From: Syncephalis fuscata S228
Taxonomy: Eukaryota > Fungi > Zoopagomycota
Assembly (NCBI GenBank): GCA_025786725.1
Contig: JAHLTZ010000048.1
Coordinates: forward strand, 1-64,000
Reading direction: 5' to 3'
Length of the DNA stretch: 64,000 bases
Positions within the stretch are counted from its first letter, which is position 1; each line of letters starts with the position of its first letter. The notes under the pieces were generated by a model, which was not told where the DNA came from, searched no databases, and saw nothing but the letters and a program-made list of their open reading frames with translations. Of this stretch, positions 11,064 to 24,725 are shown one piece after another. Position numbers and translations under genes: made by a program.

Positions 11064-11900
11064 AGCTACTTCCCTTTGAGTCTCTAGCTTCAAACTAGAC
11101 AAAAAGATCTGTAACTCGAATAAACCGTCAATCAGTTTTTACTACTGAGAAGTGGTTTGTTGAAACAGTGTCATATTAACTCCGATTGAATCAAGTGGAG
11201 TCTTAATTAATCTGCACTATTTTCAATATTAAAACAGATATTAAATAGTATTTCATGTTACATACAACAGAATATAATTAATAGATAAATGTTGATCCAT
11301 ATTATGGTTGCTGTAAAGTATTCAAAGCATTATAATTTGATATTTGATGTCACTCGCCATCCAGTTCCATGTTTAGTAGAACAACAAATGTGTAGTTCAT
11401 CAAGTAAAAAATGTTAGTTTTGATCTTTTGACACTGAATCGCATGAGTCTACATATCAATTATTTAATATTAATAAGCTATTTTACTTTGACTCTTAAAT
11501 GTATATTTACTTATTTCACTTCCTTTTTTTAATACTTTTAGATACAATTAAACACTCATCCATCACTGTTTCATGTGCATTGTAACATGTAAAATATTAG
11601 AAAATAAAATAATCCATTTGGATGCAATAATCCATGCTGTACATAGATGTAATAACAACAAATGCGGAATGACATGGAATCGCAATTATATGGCCTCTAT
11701 TGCTATTCAATCAGTCTTTCTACACATGGCCAACAACACCAATAATCGGCCTCAAATGTTTCAAAAAAATCAAATAACATGTTACATCATTTAAATCAAT
11801 TTATTAACAGCATATTAATAGTAAGTAATATAACTATGTTGTGCATACTAGTGCGACTTCAATTGAAACAAATTTTGTTTTGGGACATAAAATGTGGAGT
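11064..11900 (-). mobile_element. Copy C of the 1.06 kb repeat (inverted, chimeric)
   Basis: 11064-11613 is a near-identical reverse complement of 7372-7919. 11614 to ~11900 is a diverged version of the left module. Confidence 0.8.
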
Positions 11901-12734
11901 CAACGTAAAATTTAATTATTTGTTTTCAATATGCATGTTAAACTGCCATAGTACTCATGCTTTAAAGGCCTTATTTTCATGCTAACACGCCCACAATTGA
12001 CAGTTTTAATCTTGTCGATCACAAGCTAATAAACAGTGCCATTTATCTTCACGTTCATAAGAATAGATTTTTTGTTGCACAATATAGATATCAGGCTATT
12101 TACAACTAGCAACTGGAAATGTGGTAATTAAAGAGTAGTCGATTATTTATGAACACTGAATACAGAAAGAAGTTAAATGTTGATTTGTATATTAGTCAGC
12201 GAATTATTTATGTTATATAACATTGTTACAGAATAGTTAAGAACTACTGATTATATAGCTATTTACTGTCGATACAACTTTTTATATTAAATAACCGGTT
12301 AGTTTGATAGTCGAATTTGTAAGATAGTTGGCTGAATTGCCTTAGCTTGCAGATAACGCCCAATTTTTTGTCTAAAACTCACGAGTCTAAAGTAACTATT
12401 GTGTTGTAGCTTTATTGGATGGTCCTATCTCGGCCAAAAAATGGGTGCGTGATTACTATTCACTTAATCTAGCTAGAAAAAAACGTGCATCATTTATAAA
12501 TGAAATGTCTATTAGGAGGCTAGATTTTTGAACCATTAAAAATTATCAGAAAACGAGGCAGCCAAACTTGTTTTACGATGCGCACGTGTGTACCTCAAGC
12601 ATATTGCCAGCCCCGCTGACTATCCTCCCACTTTTGTTGTTCCAATTATCGCGAGTTTGTTTATTGCTTTTATTTACAAGCTATTGACATTATATAGTAT
12701 TATATTTATATTTATTTATTGGAGGCTGTTGAGC

Positions 12735-14628
12735 ATGAGACTTGCTACGAGTTGCTGTATCTTTCTATGGATATTAGCTTTACTGTCGGCCCAGATAGCT
12801 GTGACCAACGCAAGACTCTATTTAACTACTAAAAATAATACAGTAATAAAACTTTCAACTCTCGACTATTTTCTATATCGACAGCCGTATTATCACTATG
12901 AGGGTGCGGGTGTGCAGTGGTCATGGGCCGACAATGGAACCAGCTGTGCATTCCAACCAGCTCATAGCTCCGACTCGCAATTGCAAACTATTGCGAAAAT
13001 GCAGTCATCACATCCTGATGTCGGACTGTTTGTAGATGCAGATGAGGCCGCTAATGCTGGATGCCAAACAATTGCTCAGGTAATAACTAGACAGATTAAA
13101 AAAGAAACAAAGCATTGACAAATGAGCAAATTAATACTAGATTGGATTGGCAACAACAAAACTATCAGCACAATTTGTACAATCTAACTATCCGCCTATT
13201 AAATTAATTGTCTTGATGAAAATTACGAATGATACAGCGCCTTACTGGGGCCCCAATTCACTAGAATACGTCTCATATAAACCAACCTCTATACCCGACG
13301 GCCCTCCCTCGATCGATATAGCAATGCTTGATCAATGGGCAAGCCAAACCTTTCTTGATGCAAAATTAACAAACAAATCGGTCTTTCACTTTATGGCCGA
13401 ACAAGGTAAGCTGAGAAAGCATTAGCTGTATTAGCGTTGTAACTGTTAAAACTAGAACCGGGACCATGGAATCAAATCTTTCTTGGACCCAAGTTTATTG
13501 GCTATCAATGGGCTTATTTTGCCGTGGTAATGCTACTTGTATTAGATACATATATCATTTTATTTACAATATGGTTGTATTATATTTATTTATATTTACA
13601 GATCAGCGGTGCATTATTATACGCATGGTCGCGGGTGATTATGTTGTTTGTATTAAGAATACTACCTCAAGACATTCGATTAATAGCATTTATCATCACT
13701 TCTATTTATTGCCTAAGTAGGTTGACTGTTGTATCGGCCAATACAATGCTAACCTACCTCTTCTATAGTACTACTGTTCTATTTGACCGCACAAACTATT
13801 TCCTATAAGCAGGAAATTATTGACGCAGTTGTCTATGGCCTTTCATCAATTTCACTTATTATTATTATTTTTAGATGGCAAGTAGCGATTCCATAGTGTG
13901 TACATATTGAGCTAACATTGTATTTAAAGGGCATCTCATTGTAAAAATATATTTTCAAATATATCTCTTGTCTGCTTTCAAATTACTATTGTAATTAGTA
14001 TAATGCTCGCAATAATTATATTTATAATGAATATGATTATATCATGTGGCGGTATAGAGCTGAGAAAATATATTATGGCAAGCTTTATTGGGTGTTATAT
14101 TATGCCATTTTTTCCACTTGCATCATTTATTAATTTTGGTGGTTTCGGTAAGTTGTTTTGAGCTTGATAATAGTAATAGTACTCTTGACTGATCATGTTT
14201 AACTATGCAGCAATCTGGTTTGGTTGTTGTGCATACCGAATGAAAGACTACAGGGAGCTACGAGCCCGTTTTATACAGGTGTGTATACAGCGCAGAATTA
14301 ATCGATACCTTATTGTTTTATATATTAATACGACCATTGTACCTACTAGTTAACTCTATTCTCGACAATAGCGTCGATCACGTTTATATACACCATGTTG
14401 GACAACCTTTTGCTAGCGCTAGAATTGAAAAACGTTCAAAATGAAACCATCACAAAAACAGCTCTGTTCTACATCTTTGGCCATACAGCACTATTGATCC
14501 GGGCATTAGTCTGTCTCACTATACTGGGCGTGCGATGGCCAAAACTAAGGTCAAGAAAAAATACTACACTTGAAATTGACATCAATTCCATACAAGTAAA
14601 ATCCCCATTTACGGCAATGCCAAAATAA
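12735..14628 (+). CDS. Signal peptide + ~200 aa ectodomain + seven-TM receptor-like protein
   Basis: Signal peptide MRLATSCCIFLWILALLSAQIAVTNA. EPGPWN linker, then seven hydrophobic segments after splicing. One GC-AG intron (13878-13929). Confidence 0.7.
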
Positions 14629-14711
14629 ACGTATAATTTGTATTCTATAAACTATGGAAAGCACTTTATTTTAATAATATCACTCGTCTATTTAGTCGAG
14701 AAACAACGCTT

Positions 14712-16228
14712 TTAGATGCTTAAAAACTCATCACGTCTGCGATAGTATTCGTTAAAGCGTAGTACAGCATAACTTATATAGTCAAAGTCGATATTCGACA
14801 ATTCTGCTTGTACCTGATTGATTAATAGATTAGCGTTTGCATGTAAATGGTAGTCGCCACTTACCAGTGCCCATAGCCCCCAGTAAAAGTGGCTAGCCAA
14901 CGCAAATTGATTCACTTCACGATAGAGTACGTGCAATGACTCGTCTGTAACCGAATCACCACTCTTTGTCAAATATTGACGCAACCAGTCAAGTTGTATT
15001 TCTTTAGATGGGTATCGCTCGTAGGCACACTCAAAGCCTATTTATCATTAATCTGTGCTGTCCATTTGACACTAGTGTCTTGATTCATACCTGCAAACTC
15101 ATTGAAATGATTGCCAATATCAAAACCACGATAATTGTAACTGCCGTATTCGTAATCAATAAACGAGATTTCATCTAATATTAATAATAGACGGTAATTG
15201 GTAAATAATCAGCTAAAACAAATGGTATAGTGTCGTGCTAGTACCTTTCTCCTCATCAAAAATAAGATTGGCTGCCAGCAAGTCGTTGTGTGCAAATACT
15301 ACTGGCGCATTCAATTGCTCGAGTTGTGATTGCAAACGTTTTAGCTAAGTTTCATTCATCCAATTAGCTTTAATGCATTGCAGTCATAATATCCCTACCT
15401 CAGCTTGCAGTTCGGGCAAATCAATCTTTTCCGTAAAAGTGGCCTGTGTCTTTACATTATTATACTCGGCAGGTACTGTTGTGTGCATTTATTAGCTAAA
15501 ATCATAACACATTTTCTTTACTTGCCTTCATTCATCCATCGCCACAACGTGGTAAACAATTTGGACTCGACCGGACCGGGTATAAGAACACGATGCCAAG
15601 ACGCTAGCTTATCGGCAATACAACGTCCCATATGCGCATCGTTCAATTGCTCTGGCTGCAAAACACGGCCAGGAATAAAACCATACACCAGACCATTATT
15701 GAACCGACCGTAGAGTGGTGGACATAAGCCTAGCTTAGCTAGACAAACAAGGTTCTAAATATAAATAATATTAGCTGATATTTTTATAAACAGCCATTCA
15801 ATAGCTACCGTAATTTCCTGTTTACGATCAATGATCACTTCGCTGCGTCGACCATAAGCACGGATGAGTATGTTGGTCTGTGACGGTATATGTGTACAGC
15901 GAATAAGCTTGTTAGTAATGCCATCCTTGCATTGTACGAGCTTAAGATCATCGCTCTTCCAGTTGGTGAATACATCAAGTACAATGGCTGTTGCGTCTTC
16001 AAAAAGATGCGTATGTCGAACAGGTCGATCCAGAATACGAACATGCTCATCTAGATAAGCTGCAACATCAGCCTCACTTGGTGCAGCGACCGATTCTTTA
16101 TGTATATTTGAAGCGGCCGATACAGCCTCGTTTTCGGTAGTAGAAAATGGTGTCTATAGCTTAATCGTTAGAATAAAGGCTTGGCAATCGTGTATGTACA
16201 CACATGTGTATGTAATGCAACCTACCAT
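14712..16228 (-). CDS. Ethanolamine/choline kinase
   Basis: DGITNKL, IRAYGRRSEVIIDR, YGRFNNGLVYGFIPG, VFAHNDLLAANLI, FIDYEYGSYNYRGFDIGNHFNEFAG, LASHFYWGLWAL. First exon is the ATG only. GC-AG intron at 15476-15525. Confidence 0.93.
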
Positions 16229-18239
16229 ATTAAATGTGTTTATGCAGTAATTACTATTCGCAATGCCGTCACAATCAACGTACTAAACTAGACGAAAAAT
16301 AGCAGTGAATAACCAAATGGTTGAAGTGTGTCGGATGACAAAAAAAGAGGTCGCGAACTACAGTGGAGATATCTTCAGTTGGTAGGTGGATTCCCACGTG
16401 CTGCTGTAGTTCATACACTCACTGGTCGGCAACCAAGTGTCCGTGCTATCATATTCTCATTTACAATTCGATTAGTATTAGTCAAATTATTACACGCCAG
16501 TGTCACGTGATTAGCTGAATTACCACGCGATTGTGGACTCGCATGTAGGATCTGATTAAAACCATGTGACAATGCACAAGTATGATGCATTATGAAAGTA
16601 GCTACATACCAGTAGTAGTAGTAGTAGTAGACACTATTGTAATGATAGAATCAGTATTTGGTTTAATTCAGTACATGATTAGCCACAGGAACGATAGAAC
16701 GTTGTATCAAGAAAATAACAACATATGACGTTCAAGTTTATTTTTAATACTATTCCTTATTTACGTGGTATTCTACCATATAGATGTTTGGTTTTATTGT
16801 GTATCAAATAGACATTGGCATGTATTTTACCTATTTTTTATTTTTAAGAGTTTTAAATTGAAAAAGCAATTTGGCAAGTGTTATAAAAGTAGTGTAATGT
16901 TTTGCTCCATCCTATTAATAATTCAGCTGTCAACGTTAGCACATAAAGTACCATGATAATTTATGATGGTAGACAGTGTATTGAGCAAGTTATGTTAAAC
17001 ATGATTTCTATTATGTTGGCTTTGTCATCCGCTTATTGCATTGTTATGCATACCGTAACAATGGTGCGCTTTAATAGCCATTTAAACACAATAGCAAAGT
17101 ATAGATAAATACAATGCAATCGTATGTAATTGCAATGTCATGAAGTCGCTTGATTTGTACCTTATTTATTTATATTGTTATCATTACACTAGTATTAAAC
17201 AAATCATCAACAGCTTAGTATGTCATAATGTTCAAGTAGCTACCTTTGATAATATTTACATGATTAAACTGTAAATTTGTTTTAGTAAACATCAGTATTT
17301 ATACATCCTCCTTTGTTCATTCATTTAATTTTATGCTATTCTATATTTTATTAATCACAATTTATTGACAAAAGTAATGTTTTATCATTAGCTATTTGTG
17401 TAATTGCTCAACAATGAAGAAGTAAAAGCATCTAAGACTATTTGTATATTATTATCAATATTGTAAAATAATATCTAGTTTAATAAAACATAGCGATACT
17501 CATTTAAACTTTCAGAAAAACAACAAATACTTAACTATGGCCTATTAAGATTAGCAAAATGCTGCTCAACCAACTGATCACTTCAAACATTAATGTCGGT
17601 TAAAATATTGGTTTAGACCAGATTAAACTAAAATAATAGATGCATTTCAAATAATTTATTAACTACGCATTATTATCTCCACTCAGTCTCTATATACTAG
17701 CCCATCACATAGACACAAGCACCACTATACATTAAAAGATGATGCAATGCCCATTTATCCATCTATATATAAATCTATCAAATCGGAAAGGCTCGGGATT
17801 TCCGTTTTCTATTTCACGTGACAAACGCGCAGTCCCTTTTGATAGATATTATACCAATGACAGGAGCAGTGTAGACTGTGAATGAAGAAAACGCAGCCAT
17901 CTATAAACGGCCAGCTTTGACGGATCATACCGGCAATGATGACGCCGATACCTCACTAAAACGAGGTCACACACACACAACAATAACATGCAGCTACTGC
18001 AGCTATAAGCGAATATTTTATTGATCCATCATATATTGTCATGACGACCGTGGGGATTTAACAAAACCAATATAAATATAAAGATTGGCCAATTCCACAT
18101 CTTCATCTTTAATCTTTTCGTTTGACTGTCTATATATTCACACACGTACGCTTTGCCGTCACTCCTTTGCTACTTCTTTACTGCTACGCGCACACACAAA
18201 CACTCGTTCTATCCTTTTTACTAAAGCTTATTAGTGACC

Positions 18240-19951
18240 ATGGCTCCATTCGATAGCAAAGTAGCTGGTGTCCAAGTATTGGCTCCAGTCACACCGGACC
18301 AAGCAACGATACTGACTCCAGAAGCACTTGCTTTTATTGCTCATCTCCACCGTTCGTTCAACGCTACTCGATTGAATTTACTGCAGCGACGCCAGTTGCG
18401 TGAACAAGAGTTGCGTGCTGGCCGTTTGCCCGATTTTCTACCAGAAACGCGCGCTATCCGTGAAGATCCATCATGGCAAGGTGCTCCACCAGCACCTGGT
18501 CTTGTCGACCGCCGTGTTGAGATTACTGGTCCAGTTGATCGCAAAATGGTTATTAACGCGTTAAATTCAGGAGCAAAGACGTTCATGGCTGATTTTGAGG
18601 ATTCATCGGCACCCACTTGGGAAGTTGTTGTTGATGGCCAGATCAATATGCGTGACGCTATTCATCGCAAAATTTCCTATAAGGGACCAAATGGCAAGCA
18701 ATACAATTTGCGTAAAGATGGCAAATTGGCCACACTTCTTGTTCGGTAAGTTAATGCCTTGATTATGCCGCTTTAATGCATTCTAACAACAACCAAATCA
18801 TTGCTGCTTATAGTCCACGTGGATGGCATTTAGACGAGAATCACGTGCTGGTCGATGGCCAGCCATTATCAGGCGGTATTTTCGACTTTGGCCTTTACTT
18901 TTTCCATAATGCACGCAAGTCTATTGAAATTGGTGCTGGTCCTTACTTCTATCTGCCAAAGATGGAGTCACACTTGGAAGCACGTCTGTGGAACGACATC
19001 TTCAAACTATCACAAGATATGCTAGGTGTACCACGAGGCACCATTCGTGGCACTGTCTTAATTGAAACCATTTTGGCCGCCTTTGAAATGGATGAAATTA
19101 TCTACGAGTTGCGCGAGCATAGCAGTGGTCTTAACTGCGGTCGCTGGGACTATATCTTTTCGTTTATTAAAAAGTTCCGCTTTGATGCACGTTACGTGCT
19201 TCCAGATCGTAGCGATGTCACCATGACAACGCACTTTATGGATAGCTACGTTCGCTTGCTTATCAAGACATGCCATCGTCGTGGTGTTCACGCCATGGGT
19301 GGTATGGCTGCGCAAATCCCCATTAAGGACGACCGCGAAGCAAATGACCGTGCTATGGCCAAGGTCCGTGCCGACAAGGAACGCGAAGTACGTGCCGGCC
19401 ATGACGGTACTTGGGTAGCCCATCCAGCTCTTGTAGCCATTGCCATGGAGCAATTTGATCGTTATATGCCACAGCCTAATCAGCTATTTGTACGCCGTGA
19501 AGATGTGCATGTTACGGCACTTGATCTGCTAAGCACAAAGGTCAGCGGCCAAGTTACCGAGGCTGGTGTACGTGGCAATATCTCTGTTGCATTGACATAC
19601 ATTGAGTCATGGCTGCGTGGTGTTGGCTGCGTACCTATTCACAATTTGATGGAGGACGCAGCTACAGCTGAAATTTCACGCTCGCAACTTTGGCAATGGA
19701 CACATCATCGCGTTCGTACTGCAGAAGGCAAGGTATGTGATCCAGCCTGGGTACAAACTGTACTAGATGAAGAAATTGTCAATCTACGCAAGAAGCTAGG
19801 TGAGCAGCGCTTTACGCAAAGCAAATACGAAGAAGCACGTCGTATTCTTGCCCAGCAAATTACGGGTGAAGCTTATGCTGATTTCCTTACATCACTTTGC
19901 TACAACGACATCTGTTTGCCATCAGCTGTCGCTTCTCGTCCTAAGCTTTGA
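18240..19951 (+). CDS. MLS1: Malate synthase A (glyoxylate cycle)
   Basis: [71 protein letters not shown]. One intron at ~18746-18813. Ends -RPKL. Confidence 0.97.
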
Positions 19952-20123
19952 ATGCTTTCTACTACAGCAGTTTATGCTTGCCAGTAATGTGTATAAAAGA
20001 GCGTGTTTATTTCACTTCTCTTTTATCCACCCTCCCCCCCACATTCACATTCACACTCACACACGTACTCTTTACTGCTTAGCCATAGTAAATAAAAACA
20101 CGAGATATTGCAAATAAAATTTG

Positions 20124-21188
20124 GTTTATTAAATTAGATTGTGTTTAAATGATATCATTCACAATAAATATTAATACAATAACATTATCATTTCCATAAA
20201 ATAGAATTAATTGTAACAGAACATTGTATCAATCATAATATTAAATATTAAAATAAACAATGTAGCATACTATTTGATTTCATTGAAACATTTAAGGTCA
20301 ATTATCGTTGTTGCTGTTGACCATGTAGAAAAATTGATCGAATATTAATACATTGTTCCGCAGTCGTTGCATCTACGTACCGCATGGATTATTGCATCTG
20401 AATGGTCTATTCTATTTTCTAATCTTCTACTGTTGCATTTTGGACATATTTACAATGTAAGCTCAAGATTAATATAATTATTATAAAGCCGTTTATTAAA
20501 CAGCCACTTTCCCTATAGCCAATCTGACTAAATAAATGGCATTTGAACAATCAATATCATAGATAACAATATATATTAAAACAATAATAAAGATAACTAA
20601 TTAATTACATTATTTTATTTTCTAATATTTTACATGTTACAATGCACATGAAATAGTGATGGATGAGTGTTTAATTGTATCTAAAAGTATTAAAAAAGGA
20701 AGTGAAATAAGTAAATATACATTTAAGAGTCAAAGTAAAATAGCTTATTAATATTAAATAATTGATATGTAGACTCATGCGATTCAGTGTCAAAAGATCA
20801 AAACTAACATTTTTTACTTGATGAACTACACATTTGTTGTTCTACTAAACATGGAACTGGATGGCGAGTGACATCAAATATCAAATTATAATGCTTTGAA
20901 TACTTTACAGCAACCATAATATGGATCAACATTTATCTATTAATTATATTCTGTTGTATGTAACATGAAATACTATTTAATATCTGTTTTAATATTGAAA
21001 ATAGTGCAGATTAATTAAGACTCCACTTGATTCAATCGGAGTTAATATGACACTGTTTCAACAAACCACTTCTCAGTAGTAAAAACTGATTGACGATTTA
21101 TTCGAGTTACAGATCTTTTTGTCTAGTTTGAAGCTGGGGACTCAAAGGGAAGTAGCTTTTAAGATTAATTCGATTAAGATGGGAAATA
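20124..21188 (+). mobile_element. Copy B of the 1.06 kb repeat
   Basis: Runs from gtttattaaattag to gatgggaaata, with only a handful of differences from 6887-7950. Confidence 0.85.
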
Positions 21189-21323
21189 ACATTTAGGAAG
21201 AATAATGATAACAATAATACTTTATTATTATTAAACATTTACTTGATTAATATCATTACGACATTAGCGTTAATATTACGCATGTTCCATGATTAGGCGC
21301 CATTGCTACATACTAAGTAAAAG

Positions 21324-23031
21324 CTAAGCCTTTTCTTCGGTCTTAGCAGCGGCCTTGTTGTTATCGGGTTTCTTGCCACGGCCAGAGGATGACTGCTTTT
21401 GCTTTCGGCTATCGGCAGCAGCTGCGCGCTCTTCGTTACGCTTTTGCTCACGCTTTTGTTCGCGTTCCTCCTCGCGCTTATAATCTTCTTCAGCACGGCG
21501 CTTCAACTCTTCGACCTTCTCCTCGGCACTTTTACGATTCGTCTCAGTGGCCTCGGTTTGGTTGTTAGCATACCATTGCTTACGCTCCTGGACCGCCTCA
21601 AGCGTCTTTGAAACGTCGTCGCGTGACGTTGGCACTTCTACTTTAATATCCCAGAAGCGCTCCATCACAGATAGCGGTAGCTTGAAAGGTGCAGCCTCCT
21701 TGCGCGATGTAGAAGCAGCGGCAGGTTGTGCTTTCTTAGCCGTTTGCTTCTTGCCAACAAAATAGTCGTCATCGTCACGTTGCGACTTCTTCTTCAAAGC
21801 AGTGCCTTTGGGTGCATTGCCTGATGATTCAACACGGCGGATTTCAAGTGCGCCACCGACGGGTGTGGCAGTAGTATCGCTGGTTGTAGTGCTAACCTTA
21901 TCCTTACCGCCGGCCAAATGAGTTTGCAAATACGCTGTAATGGCATCGCAGCTTTCAATTTCTATGGTGTAAGCAGGTGCATCGGCTGTCTCCAGAATCT
22001 CTTTGATTTGCGCCTCTAGCTGCTCCTCGTGTTCGCGATGACGACGAATGCGCATGGCTTCAGCACGTCGTACACGATCCTCCTGTTGCCACTGATAATA
22101 AGCATCGTTGGCTTCGCGGAAAGTGGTATTAAGCGTGCGTCGGCTATTGTAAAGCTCGTCCAGTTCCTTTTGAATCTCATCACGCTGGCTAAACAAGGTA
22201 CGACGCTGGTCCCAGTCGGCATCATTGGCTTTGTTAAGATTATCCAGTTCCTTTTGGATATCTGAATATCTATCGCTAAGTGCCTTGCTGTTATAAGCAT
22301 CAAGCTGTTTACGAATCTCATCCGCACGCTTCTTTTCCTCGTCAATTGCTTGCTGTTGTTGCTCAAATGTCTCCACAACACGACGTGCTTTACGCAGCGC
22401 AGTTATGTCATTAATAGCACGTTTTTCCTCAACCAGCTTTAGACGACCGTCCTGGATAACGCTCTCCAGTTTACTAATTAATTAAATTAAATTATTAAAT
22501 TATTAATTCTCAATAATAACAATAATGCAAGTAATGCAGCTCTAACTTACTTAATCTCGTCGTCAATCTCACTAACCGATTTATATGGCACTTTATCCTT
22601 GGCTGTGCGCAGCTCAGTCACCTTGCTCTTTATCGATTTATTAATGGCGTCGAGTTGGTCAAATACCTTTTGGCGCGATTGCTTCATGCCGGCCTGTTTG
22701 TCGCGGATTTCTTTCAGCTCGTTACGCAATTTAGTACGTTTATCATCTGGCTGTCCCTTGCCGCCAGTTGATTTACCGCCGATTTTATCTTTAACAACCG
22801 TCTATTACGTAATAAATATTGTTTATTGGTATGCCGTTTCTATTATTAACCTATACTACTTACCAGGCGTTTACGAGTTGCCTCCATTTTGGCATCGATG
22901 TCAGCCAGATTCTTTTTTTGCTCATCAGCAGAGGGCTTTGGCGGGGCCTTGCGCGCATGTGCTGGCTTGCTTTCATTAGTTGTTGCAGTTGCAGCCAGAT
23001 CGGCCGGCGCACTGGTTTCTACAGCAGCCAT
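21324..23031 (-). CDS. BFR1: Bfr1-like coiled-coil mRNP/nuclear segregation protein
   Basis: KVPYKSVSEIDDEIKKLE...LKLVEEKRAINDITALRKARR, APAYTIEIESCDAITAYL, DDDYFVG, FKLPLSVMERFWDIKVEVP. Probable 5' UTR intron at ~23033-23175. Confidence 0.8.
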
Positions 23032-23889
23032 ACTATAGATTCGTGGTAAGATCGGCGATTACACCGTGTAAGTCTCGAGATGCTTATGATTCGTTTTATT
23101 GCGCGTCCGCCACTTCAAGCTCGCTGGTAACAGTGATAATATAATCATCGCTGGTACAGATCTGTTGTTACTTACATTTTTTAATAGCAAATAGTAAATA
23201 AACTAAGCAACGTATATTTATACGCAAATAACACGAGGTACGCAGAAAAGAATGAAAGAAAAGGTGGTTGTTTGAATATCTGAACGCAAAGGCTGAAACT
23301 ATAACGTGGCATTTTGATTGGCTCCGTCTTGAACTCAATATAGTGTTTTTTTCTGGAGTTTTAGCTATTGAACAATATGGCGGTTTATAGCTAAATAAAT
23401 GTTATTTTACTAGAAATCATGACATATAAGCAAACTATTTTATTGCGCAGTATATTAATATAAACTTTTAGAATTCTAGCTCATATTTAATTATTTGGTA
23501 CAAATAGATAACTAGAATTAAGATAGTACCGAGTCGAGCACAGTTATATTGAATCATGTATTTAGCAATGACTATATTGGAACATAAGAACGTGGCTCAA
23601 ACATTATTTTTTTGACGTCTAGAATAGCTGTAGCCTATTATAGCCATATTTTTTGTTAATAATATAATATGATGAGTAAATAAAAGTGCGCGAATACTGG
23701 TGACATGACTATAGTGTATATAACAATCTAATGAACGAAAAGAATCAAAATATACAACTTGTAAAGCTAGTACCAAATAAACAGTAGCTTCAGATAGAGC
23801 ATTTTTATTATAGCCCAGAATGATGTACAATATAGTAATTATAAATAATGTTGAACGGCGATTAGCCGCGAAGTTATTGAATATAATGA

Positions 23890-24340
23890 GCGAAATCAGT
23901 CGAAATTTATTAATAATAAAGCTAGAACAGAAATAAAAATAGAATTGAATAAAAGAAAACTAAGAGAATATAGAATAATATAATAAAATGAATATACAGT
24001 GGGAAGAGTGTAATAAATGGTGTCAAAGGTATAGTGTATATAGCGTAATGAGTGGCCTGAGTAAAATATATTGAAATTTATAATAATAGAATGTGTCCAA
24101 TATAACATAAAATTATATATAATATAATAGAATATGGATGATATAAGTAAATAGTGGATATATGCATATTGGATAATAAATCTATGATAATGAGCAATTT
24201 AGACTTTGATGTTGCTCATCACTCAGCTTTATGTTTAGTAGAACGAATATGCAGTTTAGTTGCACGAATATGATTAAATGTAGTCACTTGACCCCCAAGC
24301 TATAATAAATATTAATAAATTACACAACAATGTTAAATGA
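23890..24340 (-). repeat. Diverged copy of the 170-700 repeat module
   Basis: aataaagctagaacagaaataaaaa...taatgagtgg matches 40330-40470 and the reverse complement of ~480-690. Confidence 0.65.
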
Positions 24341-24725
24341 CACAAACATGCTAAATGATTAATATATTTTATTAATTAATACCAGGGCCCATAAACTCCG
24401 AATTAAAATTATAAATGAAATAAAACACAGTACACATTTATTAGTTTAATAACATTTGAATAAATAAGATATTAACTAAATAAAAACTGGCATTATTATC
24501 ATCACAATAAACAATATAGTTATAGCTATGCTAAATACAACCAGTTATATGACTGTATATTTTAGCCAGTAACAACTAACTAAATTGGGTCACATGTCCG
24601 CAGCCAAGCACAAAACAGACCGTGCACTGACGCGTACTTCACTCATTACTTCTTGTTTTTTCTGGAATTGTCTTTGGTCTATTGTCTCATTACTCAGTTT
24701 TATTGACCGCATTACCGTTTTAAAT

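Noticed and set aside
16390-17822. CACGTG/CATGTG E-boxes and CGG triplets upstream of ethanolamine kinase and malate synthase
   Set aside because: Short motifs that also occur elsewhere (e.g. 11048), so no specific regulator can be supported.
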